DNA of 63,735 nt, counting the filler, from Octopus bimaculoides (Eukaryota): assembly GCF_001194135.2 (NCBI RefSeq). It is 11 parts of 11 records of this genome, joined end to end, with 100 filler letters (N's around TTAATTAATTAA, not from the genome) between each part and the next. Parts side by side here need not be neighbours in the genome. Positions count along the whole stretch, not along the records: positions 38,729 to 40,690 come from NW_026342561.1; positions 40,791 to 42,815 come from NW_026366373.1; positions 42,916 to 46,542 come from NC_068989.1; positions 46,643 to 49,366 come from NC_069000.1; positions 49,467 to 62,463 come from NC_068984.1; 6 more parts are not named here. One strand, 5' to 3'. Shown piece by piece: positions 38,729-51,465 of this stretch (the first letter of the stretch is position 1; each line of letters starts with the position of its first letter). The translations under genes and the position numbers were made by a program. The notes below the pieces were generated by a model. That model was not told where the DNA came from. It did not search any database and worked only from the letters and a program-made list of their open reading frames with translations.

Positions 38729-40690
38729 CATGTACGCGTGTACGTACATGTACGCGTGTACGTACATGTACGCGTGTATGTGCATGTACGTACATGTACG
38801 TACATGTACACATGTACGCATGTACGTACATGTACGTACATGTACGCATGTACGTACATGTACGTACATGTACGCATGTACGTACATGTACGCATGTACG
38901 TACATGTACGCATGTACGCACATGTACGTACATGTACGTACATGTACGCACATGTACGTACATGTACGTACATGTACGCACATGTACGTACATGTACGTA
39001 NNNNNNNNNNNNNNNNNNNNNNNNNNNNNNNNNNNNNNNNNNNNNNNNNNNNNNNNNNNNNNNNNNNNNNNNNNNNNNNNNNNNNNNNNNNNNNNNNNNN
39101 NNNNNNNNNNNNNNNNNNNNNNNNNNNNNNNNNNNNNNNNNNNNNNNNNNNNNNNNNNNNNNNNNNNNNNNNNNNNNNNNNNNNNNNNNNNNNNNNNNNN
39201 NNNNNNNNNNNNNNNNNNNNNNNNNNNNNNNNNNNNNNNNNNNNNNNNNNNNNNNNNNNNNNNNNNNNNNNNNNNNNNNNNNNNNNNNNNNNNNNNNNNN
39301 NNNNNNNNNNNNNNNNNNNNNNNNNNNNNNNNNNNNNNNNNNNNNNNNNNNNNNNNNNNNNNNNNNNNNNNNNNNNNNNNNNNNNNNNNNNNNNNNNNNN
39401 NNNNNNNNNNNNNNNNNNNNNNNNNNNNNNNNNNNNNNNNNNNNNNNNNNNNNNNNNNNNNNNNNNNNNNNNNNNNNNNNNNNNNNNNNNNNNNNNNNNN
39501 NNNNNNNNNNNNNNNNNNNNNNNNNNNNNNNNNNNNNNNNNNNNNNNNNNNNNNNNNNNNNNNNNNNNNNNNNNNNNNNNNNNNNNNNNNNNNNNNNNNN
39601 NGCATGTACGTACATGTACGCATGTACGTACATGTACGCATGTACGTACATGTACGCATGTACGTACATGTACGCATGTACGTACATGTACGCATGTACG
39701 TACATGTACGCATGTACGTACATGTACGTACATGTACGTACATGGACGCATGTACGTACATGGACGCATGTACGTACATGGACGCATGTACGTACATGGA
39801 CGCATGTACGTACATGTACGTATGTACGTATGTACGCATGTACGTACATGTACGTACGTATGTACGCACATGTACGTACATGTACGTACGTATGTACGTA
39901 CATGTACGTACGTATGTACGTACATGTACGTACGTATGTGCGTACGTGTACGTACATGTACATGTACGTGCATGTACATGTACGTGCATGTACATGTACG
40001 TACATGTACTTGTACATGTACTTGTACATGTACATGTACTTGTACATGTACTTGTACATGTACATGTACTTGTACATGTACTTGTACATGTACTTGTACA
40101 TGTACTTGTACATGTACTTGTACATGTACATGTACTTGTACATGTACATGTACATGTACTTGTACATGTACTTGTACATGTACGTACATGTACGTACATG
40201 TACGTACTTGTACATGTACGTACATGTACGTGTACATGTACATGTACATGTGCCTGTACATGTACATGTACATGTACGTACATGTACATGTACATGTACG
40301 TACATGTACATGTACATGTACGTACACGTACATGTACGTACACGTACATGTACGTACACGTACGTGTGCGTACACGTACGTGTACGTACACGTACGTGTA
40401 CTTACACGTACGTGTACTTACACGTACGTGTACTTACACGTACGTGTACTTACACGTATGTGTACTTACACGTACGTGTACTTACACGCACGTGTGCGTA
40501 CTCGTACACGTACGTACTCGTACATGTACGTACACGTACATGTACGTACACGTACACGTACGTGTACGTACACGTCCATGTACGTACACGTCCATGTACG
40601 TACACGTACACGTACATGTACGTACATGTACGTACATGTACATGTACGTACATACGTACATGTACGTACATACGTACATGTACGTACATA
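38729..40690. repeat. Self-complementary purine/pyrimidine-alternating satellite built from CATG, TACG and GTAC words
   Basis: catgtacgtacatgtacg... variants on both sides of a 601-N gap; yields pseudo-ORFs in all six frames. Confidence 0.95.
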
Positions 40691-41583
40691 NNNNNNNNNN
40701 NNNNNNNNNNNNNNNNNNNNNNNNNNNNNNNNNNTTAATTAATTAANNNNNNNNNNNNNNNNNNNNNNNNNNNNNNNNNNNNNNNNNNNNACATATACAC
40801 ACATGCATACATACACGTGCAAACACACAAATATATATATGTATATACACACATATATCCACACATACACACATATATATATGCACATAAACATACATGC
40901 ATCCAACCAAGCACATATACACACATGTTTATATATATATATTTTATTAATAATAACAACAAATATATATATATACACAAAAATCTATACAAACACATAT
41001 AGTTTCTTACAAAAACATGAATGTATACACACACACAGATATACGTGTATATACGAACATTCATACACATACATTCGCACACAGATATATATTTATGTAT
41101 GTGTTGTTACATGTATATACATAGAGACTCATACGCAATAGTATACACTCCTTAGTACGTATATAAATACTGTCGATGTGTGGTAATTAGTAATAAAGTG
41201 GAGCGATATTTATCGGTTAGGTAATTCTTATATTAGTGAATGAGATATTAAATTATTGAAAGTTAATTAATAAATAAATAAATAATAAAGTTAATGGGTG
41301 GTCTATTAATCTACATGGATGGATTATTTTATTAATATATATGTAAGAAAAGTTGGGCTGAAGTAGAGGTTGAGAGAGTAAATTTATATATACTCAAGTA
41401 CCCAAAATATCAAAGAGTTTCTACCTCATAAACAGGAGTTACACCACAGTTATTTTGTGATCTTTGCTACCCTGGTATCTATTAACCAATTTATTTTGTC
41501 CGAGTTATTTATTAATTAGGAGAAAATAAATACATATAATAATAATAATAATAATAATATATATATATATATATATATATACA

Positions 41584-42815
41584 CTAGCAGTATAGCCCGG
41601 CGTTGCCCGGGATTAAGCTAGGATTATTAAGTGATCAAGTGCTTTATTTCAAACCAAAATAAATAATATCGACATCAGATTTGAGCAAAATCCGTTGAAA
41701 TGGTTTGGCTGAAAATGGTTTGCTGGCAATTTGATTGGGAAATACCATAAGGAATTAGTTTGTTGGTTATTTCTACTCATTGACTGATTTTTTTAAAAGT
41801 TGCATTAGAGATCTGCATAGAAGTAGGTTGATCTGAAGGTTTGCATTGGGGATCTGGATTGGAGTAACTTATGAAAACTTACCAACAGCCTTAANNNNNN
41901 NNNNTCAAAGAGTTTCTACCTCATAAACAGGAGTTACACCACAGTTATTTTGTGATCTTTGCTACCCTGGTATCTATTAACCAATTTATTTTGTCCGAGT
42001 TATTTATTAATTAGGAGAAAATAAATACATATAATAATAATAATAATAATAATATATATATATATATATATATATACACTAGCAGTATAGCCCGGCGTTG
42101 CCCGGGATTAAGCTAGGATTATTAAGTGATCAAGTGCTTTATTTCAAACCAAAATAAATAATATCGACATCAGATTTGAGCAAAATCCGTTGAAATGGTT
42201 TGGCTGAAAATGGTTTGCTGGCAATTTGATTGGGAAATACCATAAGGAATTAGTTTGTTGGTTATTTCTACTCATTGACTGATTTTTTTAAAAGTTGCAT
42301 TAGAGATCTGCATAGAAGTAGGTTGATCTGAAGGTTTGCATTGGGGATCTGGATTGGAGTAACTTATGAAAACTTACCAACAGCCTTAACCAAAAAATAA
42401 GGGGCCTGTCCCTTCTAGGTTAACTCTATGAGCAACTCAGACAATCACTGATATCAGCATTGTCCAATAAAAAAAGAGGAAGAGTCCATAAGTCATGTTG
42501 CCATGGTTTGCGAATATGTCCGGCCAATGCTTCCGGATCACTGTTTATAACTACATCGGCTGCAATGACAACTTGTCTATAAAACTTCGCTATAGACAAC
42601 ATTGTGTGTTCTGACCCGAGGAGCATACACAAAAAGAGCGTTACTACTACCCACACTGGAGCAGGTCACATAAAGTTGCCCATGTGTAAAGCATGGCTCC
42701 CACAAATGGATGCCTGCCACCGGTGTGCTGAAATCCTCGGAATTTCACTCCCCACACACATTAAACTTTTCACCATCTATTTTTCAATGTACGGGAAAAA
42801 TACGGAGATTAAGAA
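41584..42815 (-). mobile_element. Non-autonomous Helitron, 3' end (part of the region is duplicated across a 10-N gap)
   Basis: Minus strand: hairpin CCCGG-gcaacg-CCGGG (41596-41611), 8 nt upstream of terminal CTAG (41584-87) followed by T. Confidence 0.7.
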
Positions 42816-43880
42816 NNNNNNNNNNNNNNNNNNNNNNNNNNNNNNNNNNNNNNNNNNNNTTAATTAATTAANNNNNNNNNNNNNNNNNNNNNNNNNNNNN
42901 NNNNNNNNNNNNNNNATTTTCAAGTGATCCCCAAAACCAAGTAGAAGCATTATGCCTTATCTTGTATCGTTTACATATTTGAAGCTATTAGACAGCGGCC
43001 TTGAAGAATTTTAGTCGAACGAATCTACCCCGAAAGCCTGTAACTTATTCTACCTGGTCTTTTTATGGTTTGCTGAACCGCTTGGTTACGGGGACGAAAC
43101 ACACCAAGATCGCTCTTGTCAAGCGGTGCACGGGGCTACACACAGAGGGGACAAACAAGGACAGACATAGGGATTAAGTCGATCATACCGACCACAGTGA
43201 GTAACTAGTATTTATTTAATCGACTCCGAAAGGATGAAAGGCAAAGTCGACCTTGGCGGAATTTGAACTTAGAACGTAGCGGCAGACGAAAATACCACTA
43301 AGCATTTCGCCCGGTTTGCTAACGTTTCTGCCAGCTGACCGCCTTCTTTCAGTTTCCGTCTACCAAATCCACTCACAAGGCTTTGGTTGGCCTGAGGCTA
43401 TAGTAGAAGACACTTTGGTTGGCCCGAGACTATAGCAGAAGACTATAGTGGAAGACACTTACCCAAGGTTCCACACAGTGGAACTGAACCCAGAACCATG
43501 TGGTTGGGAAGCAAGGTTCGTACCACACAGCCACGCCTACCACATTACCATGTTTTTTTTTTAAACTCAAATAGTATTTGCTTTATTTTCTTACAGAATA
43601 CTTTTGTAATTAAACACCAGAAACGTAATAAAATCAACAAATGTCTTTAAATGACCGAAAATTATAATATTCGCTCTTTAACACCGCTAAAATAATGTCG
43701 TCAGTTTTACCAAAAAGATTTACTAAATATCTCACAAAAGCCTTGCCATTAAAAGTAACAAGGATCTTCACTTGAGGTTTGTCACTTAAAAAGTATGAAA
43801 CAGAGTATGAAATTGTTCCAAGAATCTTTACTGACAATTTAATCTTGGACAATCATCTTATATTTTTATCCTCGAGCTTA

Positions 43881-44293
43881 AGGCGGTGAGCTGGCAGAAA
43901 CGTTAGCACGCCGGGCGAAATGCTTAGCGGTATTTCTTATGTTTACGTTCTGTGTTCAAATTCCACCAAGGTCGACTTTGTCTTTCATCTTGTAGGGGTC
44001 GATAAATTAAGTACCAGTTACGTACTGGGGTCGATGTAATCGACTTAATCTCTTTGTCTGTCCTTGTTCGTCCCCTCTATGTTTAGCCCCTTCTGGGCAA
44101 TAAAGAAATAAGAAACGTTAGCACGCTAGACGAAATGCTTAGCGGTATTTCTTCTGTCTTTATGTTCTGACTAAAGTTGACTTTGCCTTTCATCTTGTAG
44201 GGGTCGATAATTTAAGTACCAATTACGTACTGGGGTCGATCTAATCGACTGGCCCTCGACCCCAAAATTTCGGGCCTTGTGCCTAGAGTAAGA
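43881..44293 (+). mobile_element. tRNA-derived SINE family B, two tandem copies
   Basis: ggcggtgagctggcagaaacgttagcacg...gttcaaattcc...gactttgcctttcatc...ggggtcgataaattaagtacc. Other copies at 1755-1945, 3005-3132, 22012-22213, 43150-43343, 44738-44893, 50519-50712, 56035-56162 and 58086-58168. The core resembles Meta/MESC-type SINE domains (from recall). Confidence 0.85.
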
Positions 44294-44989
44294 AAAAAAA
44301 GTTTTTCTCGAGCTCTAGGACTTATAAGACCTGTTACCCGGTTTCCATGGCACCCATGTGACCGAAATTACAACTTCCTCCTTATACTGGGAACCGGTTT
44401 GCTGCGAAATTTAAGGTCAGCAACTTTTCAAGGGAAGGGACAAAGCGATTACACCGACCCCTCTAGTCGGTCCTTGACTGGTGTTGTAATTGTAAATATA
44501 GTTGTTATTTGGACCGTGAGTACCAGAGTAATAAAATATAACCCAAGATTCCAATGAGGAGAGAAAAGAACTTTTATCACGTTTTACTTGTATAAAAGTT
44601 ATGTTATAGCAATCTGCAAGTACACAAAAATTGTCCGTCAGATAACAAACCCGAGCGAGAAAATACACGTGGAAGAGAGACTGACTTTGCAGAAACGAGG
44701 CAAGTTGAACACTTCGTTCACGTGCCAAAAACCTATTGGTGTTCTTATCCCTAACAAATGGTACTTTTAATTTATCGACCCCGAAGGGTTGAAAGGCAAA
44801 GTTGAACCTCAGCTGTATTTGAACTCAAGACTTAAAAAGCACAATGAAATGCCGTCAAGCGTTAACCGACGTGCTAACGTTTCTACCAGCTCATTATCTA
44901 TCATCTTTCATTAGTGTCAAACAATAACCTTACACAGCCCATCACCTACCGAACAATAATGTCACACAGATCTGCGTATTCATCTTTAC

Positions 44990-45620
44990 AAAACTGCAAC
45001 ACATTTACATCAGGTGACCGTAACTTGCTCACTAAATTTTCTTCATAAACAACACAACGCAAAAACGACATTCCCGGATCGTCACCCTTCATTAATTTTA
45101 GGCGGCCATATTTGTTGCCCATTAGAGGAGGGACAGCATCAGCTATGCAAAATACAATGCGCTTTCTATCAATATTACCTGGCTATCCAAATCATTTTAA
45201 AGCTTATTGTAGATATCAATAGCTGTACCGATGCAGTCAATGGTTCACAAAACATCTCAGAGCGTCCTTTGCGATCAATATTTCATGGCATACGCCATCA
45301 ACAGAAACTCGCTTTATCATCCATCTATCTTTGATGTTAACTCCTGGTCTTGGACATCTCTGCTCATTTCATTTCATTTCTGCTGCAAATCATATTGTTA
45401 CTCTGTGGCATGTCTTTGACATTTTTATCATCAATCTCCTGAATAGTGTTCAGGAAAAATTGATAATTCTGATTTAAATAAATCCCATGTCTTGGGTGAT
45501 TCTTTTCAGTTTCTGCTCATCGATAAATACCACCCAGGATGAAAATATGAAAATAGGAAAATAGGAAAATATGAAAATATGAAAATATTAGTAATTTTGA
45601 TGCATCGAGCTTTCAAATCT
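44990..45620 (-). mobile_element. Decayed hAT (Charlie-like) transposase remnant
   Basis: IDRKRIVFCIADAVPPLMGNKYGRLKLMKGDDPGMSFLRCVVYEENLVSKL resembles TDGAPAMxG...HCIIHQENLxAK; TAIDIY resembles TTGxDI. Confidence 0.55.
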
Positions 45621-46474
45621 CTTCACTATAATCGTTCATCAGGTTTGCTTGAAAGTAGATAGCATGAATGTAACAAGCTCTGGTGAGCAAAGGCCATTAT
45701 TACAATGATAGAAAAGGCAGAGGGAGATGAAATGCAGCATGTTTGCGGGCGAGGAGACTGGAGTGTGTCTATAACTGATTATGCCACTGAGCTGGAGTGT
45801 AGCTTGTCTGTGCAGCAGCAGCAGCAGCAGCAAGAACAGCCGCAGATCTCCAGATATTAGAGTAATACTCCATCGTGGGCCTCATCTAAGCTTTGTAGAG
45901 TACCAGCGATTGTCGGAGGTCGAAATGCCTTTTAACTCTGAAGAGAAGAGCCAGTGTTTGGGATGTAACCCTAGCTATGTTAAGGATGTACCTTTGCCAG
46001 GATAGATCTCGGCAGTTAGAGTTAATTTGAGGTGTTTCGCTCACTAAAACCTGCTCACAATTAAGGCGACGCGAGTAAGTTTTCTTGCTGTTGGATAATG
46101 GATAAGGTTAGCGTATTCTCAATGGTGGATGCTTTCAAAGTTTCTCTGTTCATTGAACCAATATACGTCTGTTGTGTGGTGTCTAGACAACAAACGGATA
46201 ATGGATGGCTGGAGAACATCAAAGAGGAATAAAAGATAGTGACCCCTGCATAAGAGTAGTTGTTGTTGGATGTGACAGAGAGTAAGTCAAGTCATGGGTA
46301 TATGGTAAGAAGAGAGTGGGATGAGAGGTAAGAGGGGTTTTTAGGCAGGACGTTTCGGGTGGCGATTCGTAAGGCAAACACGGTCAACGACTTTAATATG
46401 ACGAAGGTGACCGCACAACTGGCAGTAAATTTCTACAAGGCCAGAGGTCAGTGGCGTGAAACAGAGGAGAGAGG

Positions 46475-46542
<68 letters not shown>

Positions 46543-47549
46543 NNNNNNNNNNNNNNNNNNNNNNNNNNNNNNNNNNNNNNNNNNNNTTAATTAATTAANN
46601 NNNNNNNNNNNNNNNNNNNNNNNNNNNNNNNNNNNNNNNNNNCGTAATGCCTGTATACATGCACACATACACACATGTACATGCACACATATACACATAA
46701 ATACATAGATACATATGAATACATACATACATACATACATACGCATGCATGCTTGTACACATACATTCATACATACAAACATACATACATTATATACACT
46801 CACTGGTATAAAGCATTTACTCTTATTAAGTCCAAATTCGGTCAACCGCTTTAAAACTAATGCATTTTCCCGTGCAGTGAATTTAAAATACATGCACGTG
46901 TTTGCGTGCATAGGTATGAAAGAGGTTTGCGTATGTTTGTTAGTTGCAGTGTTCTTGTGTCTTTCGAAGTGTAAGATAACTGTATGTATTTGCCAATGCT
47001 TCTACAATTGACAGCCTCCTGAAATGCCCGGGATTGTGAACAGCCAGCCAATCAAATCCCTCGTCTAGCTCGACGTTAATGTGCAGCCATTTTCAGTGTC
47101 AGGTCTATTTTTGGTTTCAGTGTAAAGCGTAACTTTCCATATAAGGAAATACATTGACTGTGATTCTCAAGAAATTATTGAAAGATACAAGCCTCAAACC
47201 GATCAGGGGTTTCGATTATATCGGCTGAGGAGGGGAGGAGCTTAGTTAACATTCTACACATAACGGCTTAGAAAAATCGAAGGTTCATTAGCATATCTGG
47301 ATAACACAATTGATTGTCAGTTGTTTAGTTACTAGAGAGCTGGGTATGAATGAACAACGTGCTACAGTAGTATATAAATCCTGCCCTAGTTTGACTTTAG
47401 ATGAAGCAGGGAGGCTATACGATAATTAAATTAATAAATATGACACCACAGTAATATCTTTTATCATATATGAGGCATTATAAAATATCGAATGCACGCC
47501 TGAATAATTAGAAAAACGCACACATTGACCGAAACACACACACAGACAT

Positions 47550-47581
<32 letters not shown>

Positions 47582-47583
47582 GC

Positions 47584-47641
<58 letters not shown>

Positions 47642-48451
47642 TAGGCGAGNNNNNNNNNNNNNNNNNNNNNNNNNNNNNNNNNNNNNNNNNNNNNNNNNNN
47701 NNNNNNNNNNNNNNNNNNNNNNNNNNNNNNNNNNNNNNNNNNNNNNNNNNNNNNNNNNNNNNNNNNNNNNNNNNNNNNNNNNNNNNNNNNNNNNNNNNNN
47801 NNNNNNNNNNNNNNNNNNNNNNNNNNNNNNNNNNNNNNNNNNNNNNNNNNNNNNNNNNNNNNNNNNNNNNNNNNNNNNNNNNNNNNNNNNNNNNNNNNNN
47901 NNNNNNNNNNNNNNNNNNNNNNNNNNNNNNNNNNNNNNNNNNNNNNNNNNNNNNNNNNNNNNNNNNNNNNNNNNNNNNNNNNNNNNNNNNNNNNNNNNNN
48001 NNNNNNNNNNNNNNNNNNNNNNNNNNNNNNNNNNNNNNNNNNNNNNNNNNNNNNNNNNNNNNNNNNNNNNNNNNNNNNNNNNNNNNNNNNNNNNNNNNNN
48101 NNNNNNNNNNNNNNNNNNNNNNNNNNNNNNNNNNNNNNNNNNNNNNNNNNNNNNNNNNNNNNNNNNNNNNNNNNNNNNNNNNNNNNNNNNNNNNNNNNNN
48201 NNNNNNNNNNNNNNNNNNNNNNNNNNNNNNNNNNNNNNNNNNNNNNNNNNNNNNNNNNNNNNNNNNNNNNNNNNNNNNNNNNNNNNNNNNNNNNNNNNNN
48301 NNNNNNNNNNNNNNNNNNNNNNNNNNNNNNNNNNNNNNNNNNNNNNNNNNNNNNNNNNNNNNNNNNNNNNNNNNNNNNNNNNNNNNNNNNNNNNNNNNNN
48401 NNNNNNNNNNNNNNNNNNNNNNNNNNNNNNNNNNNNNNNNNNNNNNNNNNN

Positions 48452-48483
<32 letters not shown>

Positions 48484-48564
48484 ACGCTTACACCAACACC
48501 TTAAATTTTTAAAATTATGATCTATGTATGACTAATTTTATTAAATATAAGATTTTGGCTATGA

Positions 48565-48815
48565 TCCTAATCCTACAAATTCTAATATGCCATCCTGAAA
48601 TGGAAGCATCGAAATTATTTTAGTAGAACTCACTTCGTAGTGATAAGAGAAGAGGAAAACGTCGTCACGCTTACATCGAAAACTTGATCGCAGACGCTGG
48701 CCAAAACTTCGAGGCAGCGCTGATAGCCGGAGAAGTGAGGCAGGTAGATTCTGTTGTTGTGGCCCAGGTTGGAACCCATCTATAATAACAGCAAATAATA
48801 ATAATACACTTTCAT
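48565..48815 (+). mobile_element. RTE-type LINE 3' end
   Basis: CHPEMEASKLF**...KRRGKRRHAYIENLIADAG followed by a (TAA)n-like tail. Confidence 0.5.
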
Positions 48816-49098
48816 GAAGCATAATGAAATCCTTGGTTATATAATTCTTTGTACAACCATTAGTGGAATGTGTGTATGTTTGTGTGTGGTTGTGTTTGTC
48901 TTAGAAGGCGTTCATCTGTTTACGACCCCGTAACTTAGCACTTCGGCCTCAGAATTCGATAGAACAAGTACCAGACTTTAAAATATATACTATGCTCGAT
49001 TCGTTTGATGCTGAGATCAAAGTTGAAGTCTTTTCTATAAAACTATTTTCCAATTTCTAGCGTGAAGTGATATCTAAACTGTATAATTCCGTTATATA

Positions 49099-49226
49099 TA
49101 ATTAGGTGGAGGAAAAAGTTCGTGCGCCATTGTTTTCAAGAATAGTTGCCATTGTTTTTGAATACATCCTTGAATTAGAAAATCATTATTTTAACACGGC
49201 GCACGAACTTTTTCCTCAATCTTATA
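49099..49226. mobile_element. Tc1/mariner-type MITE
   Basis: About 29-bp TIRs: taattaggtggaggaaaaagttcgtgcgcc and ggcgcacgaactttttcctcaatcttata, in TA context. Confidence 0.7.
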
Positions 49227-49559
49227 TCTCTGTAGTAGTGGTTTCAATTCTAATGAACGAGCTGGCAGAATTGCTAGTGGCATTTCGCTTGTCTTTACGT
49301 TTTGAGTCCGATTTCCGATGTGATTGAATCTTCCTTTAATTTTTTTCAGATGATTTTACGTTTCATNNNNNNNNNNNNNNNNNNNNNNNNNNNNNNNNNN
49401 NNNNNNNNNNTTAATTAATTAANNNNNNNNNNNNNNNNNNNNNNNNNNNNNNNNNNNNNNNNNNNNTATATGTATATATATATACCCGTGAGAAAGCACA
49501 TAAATGCAAAAGAAAGTGGAAGAAATAGTGCTCGAATACCGAAGGTAGAGTAATATTAA

Positions 49560-49670
49560 AGCTGTTACTTGGAGTTTCACGTTACCTTCGTCGGACAGTT
49601 GTGATCATATTGGGAGTATATGACTACAAATGTCTGACGAACAGTAGCTTTAAACTCTAAGTAACAGCTT
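49560..49670. ncRNA. Degenerate head-to-head pair of hammerhead motifs (same family as 51371-51465)
   Basis: Minus 49560-49600: actgt-CCGACGA-aggtaacgt-GAAACTCcAAGTA-acagc. Plus 49631-49670: tgt-CTGACGA-acagtagctt-tAAACTCtAAGTA-acagc. Both carry mutations likely to inactivate. Confidence 0.45.
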
Positions 49671-50218
49671 GTGAAGACTTTTTCAGTTTTAATAAAAGTA
49701 TGTGTGTAACATATGGTATAATTATAAACAGGGCAAATTTTAGCCATTTCTCTGCAAACTGAAAAAAAGAAAAAAAAGCGATGAACAACCTTAAACGATT
49801 TTCGAATCTTATTGGGTTTTCATCAGAGGCGTCTACAACATTCTGAATGTCTGCAGAGAAACAAGCAGCCAAACTGTTTATATACTCAACAAATGCAGCA
49901 GTTACTCTCGTGAAGGAGTTCCTAATTTGCATACCGAAAGTTTTTAACATATATATACATATATACGTCGTATATATGTATATATATATGTGTGTATGTG
50001 TATATGTTTGTGTGTCTGTGTTTGTCCCCCCAACATCGCTTGACAACCGATGCTGATGTATTTACGTCCCTGTAATTAGCGGTTCGGCAAAAGAGACCGA
50101 TAGAATAAGTACTAGGCTTCCAAAGAATAAGTCCTGGGGTCGATTTGCTCGACTAAAGGCGGTGCTCCAGCATGGCCACAGTCAAATGACTGAAACAAGT
50201 AAAAGAGTAAAAGAGAGA

Positions 50219-50255
<37 letters not shown>

Positions 50256-51294
50256 TATAAGAAGGGATGACCACTAGGTGGACATCCAATATGCTAGAAA
50301 GCGGTCATCAACGACCCAACTACCCTCAGTATATAAATATATATATATCTATGTATATGCATGCATACATATATGCATGTAAGCATGTATGTATGTATGT
50401 ATGTATGTATGTATGTATGTATACAGTGTGTGCATGTGTAGGTGCAAACATATGTATCTGTGTTTCTTGACCGAAGCAAGCCCATCGGACTCTCTTTCAA
50501 TATATATATATTTTTTTACACAAGGTCTGAAATTTTGGAAAACGGGGCTAGTCGATTATATCGACCCCAGTGATCAGCTGGTACTTATTTTATCTATGTC
50601 GAAAGTATGAAATGCAGAGTCGGGTTCGGTGGACCTCAGAACGCAAGGGACCGGAAGAAATATCACTAAACATTTTGTCCGACGCACTAATGTTTCTGCC
50701 AGCTCACTGCCTTGACCTCTATTTTTCAAAATAATATCTTTGCAGGGATATAAAGCCACAAAACTTAAGGGAGAAGGAACCATCGATTATATTGATTATA
50801 TCCGTCTAGGTTCACCCAAAATAGAGTACTAGTCAAGTACGGGTAATTGTCGAGTATTTATTTTATTAACAGAAAGAAAAAGCAAAAAAAAAAAAGGGCC
50901 CTTGGTGTGATTTGAACTAAGAACTTAAAGAAACGTAACTGAATAACTTAAGAACTTAAAGAAAAGTAATAACTTTTAGCCGATGTACTATCCTTGCCGC
51001 CACTCCCAGTCCGGTATACTGCAACCCTAACAACAAGATTTTTGCTGTAATATCAGGTGTACGTTGCTCAATATAGCTGTGCCTACTGCTGGAATTTTCA
51101 ACCACGGTTCATTCATACCTATTTTGCAAACAGCTGTTACACAGATGTACGTATACAATTAATACCGCTCTTGTATGCGGAACAAGGCACGTAACTGCTC
51201 CGGAGTCATCGTTAAGCCATGATAAGACACCTTATACATACGTACACATATCCATCCATCCATCCATCCATCCATCCATCCATCTATTTGTGTA

Positions 51295-51345
<51 letters not shown>

Positions 51346-51370
51346 TTTATTTAAAAGCAGCAGAAACATA

Positions 51371-51423
51371 ACAAAAAGCTGTTACTCAGAGTTTCACGTT
51401 CCCGTTCATCGGACAAAAACTGT
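51371..51423 (-). ncRNA. Minimal type-I hammerhead ribozyme, U4C variant, inverted partner of the + strand copy
   Basis: Reverse complement reads tttttgt-CCGATGA-AC-gggaac-GT-GAA-ACTC-t-GAGT-A-acagc; helix I is only about 4 bp. Confidence 0.6.
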
Positions 51424-51465
51424 CTGAAGAACGGGAATGTGAAACTCTGAGTAACAGTTTTTTGT
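51413..51465 (+). ncRNA. Minimal type-I hammerhead ribozyme with canonical core
   Basis: Helix I AAAAACTGT(51415-23)/ACAGTTTTT(51454-62); core CTGAAGA(51424-30); 2-bp helix II AC-gggaat-GT; GAA; helix III ACTC-t-GAGT; predicted cleavage after GUA at A51453. Confidence 0.8.

Noticed and set aside
38673-40746. 560-670-aa ORFs in all six frames
   Set aside because: Translation of a stop-free satellite plus N runs; not protein coding.
41410-42389. Apparently identical 485-bp tandem duplication (41410-41894 and 41905-42389)
   Set aside because: Copies look identical including microsatellite lengths and are separated by a 10-N gap: typical unmerged contig overlap.
43634-43852. ORF with RY...DDII resembling a reverse transcriptase motif
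   Set aside because: Spacing is wrong and there is no flanking support.
45929-46440. Several weak hammerhead-like strings (45938, 46340-46380, 46398-46430) and a YIGS-containing frame at 46000-46200
   Set aside because: Multiple core mismatches or missing helix I; within chance expectation for a by-eye search.
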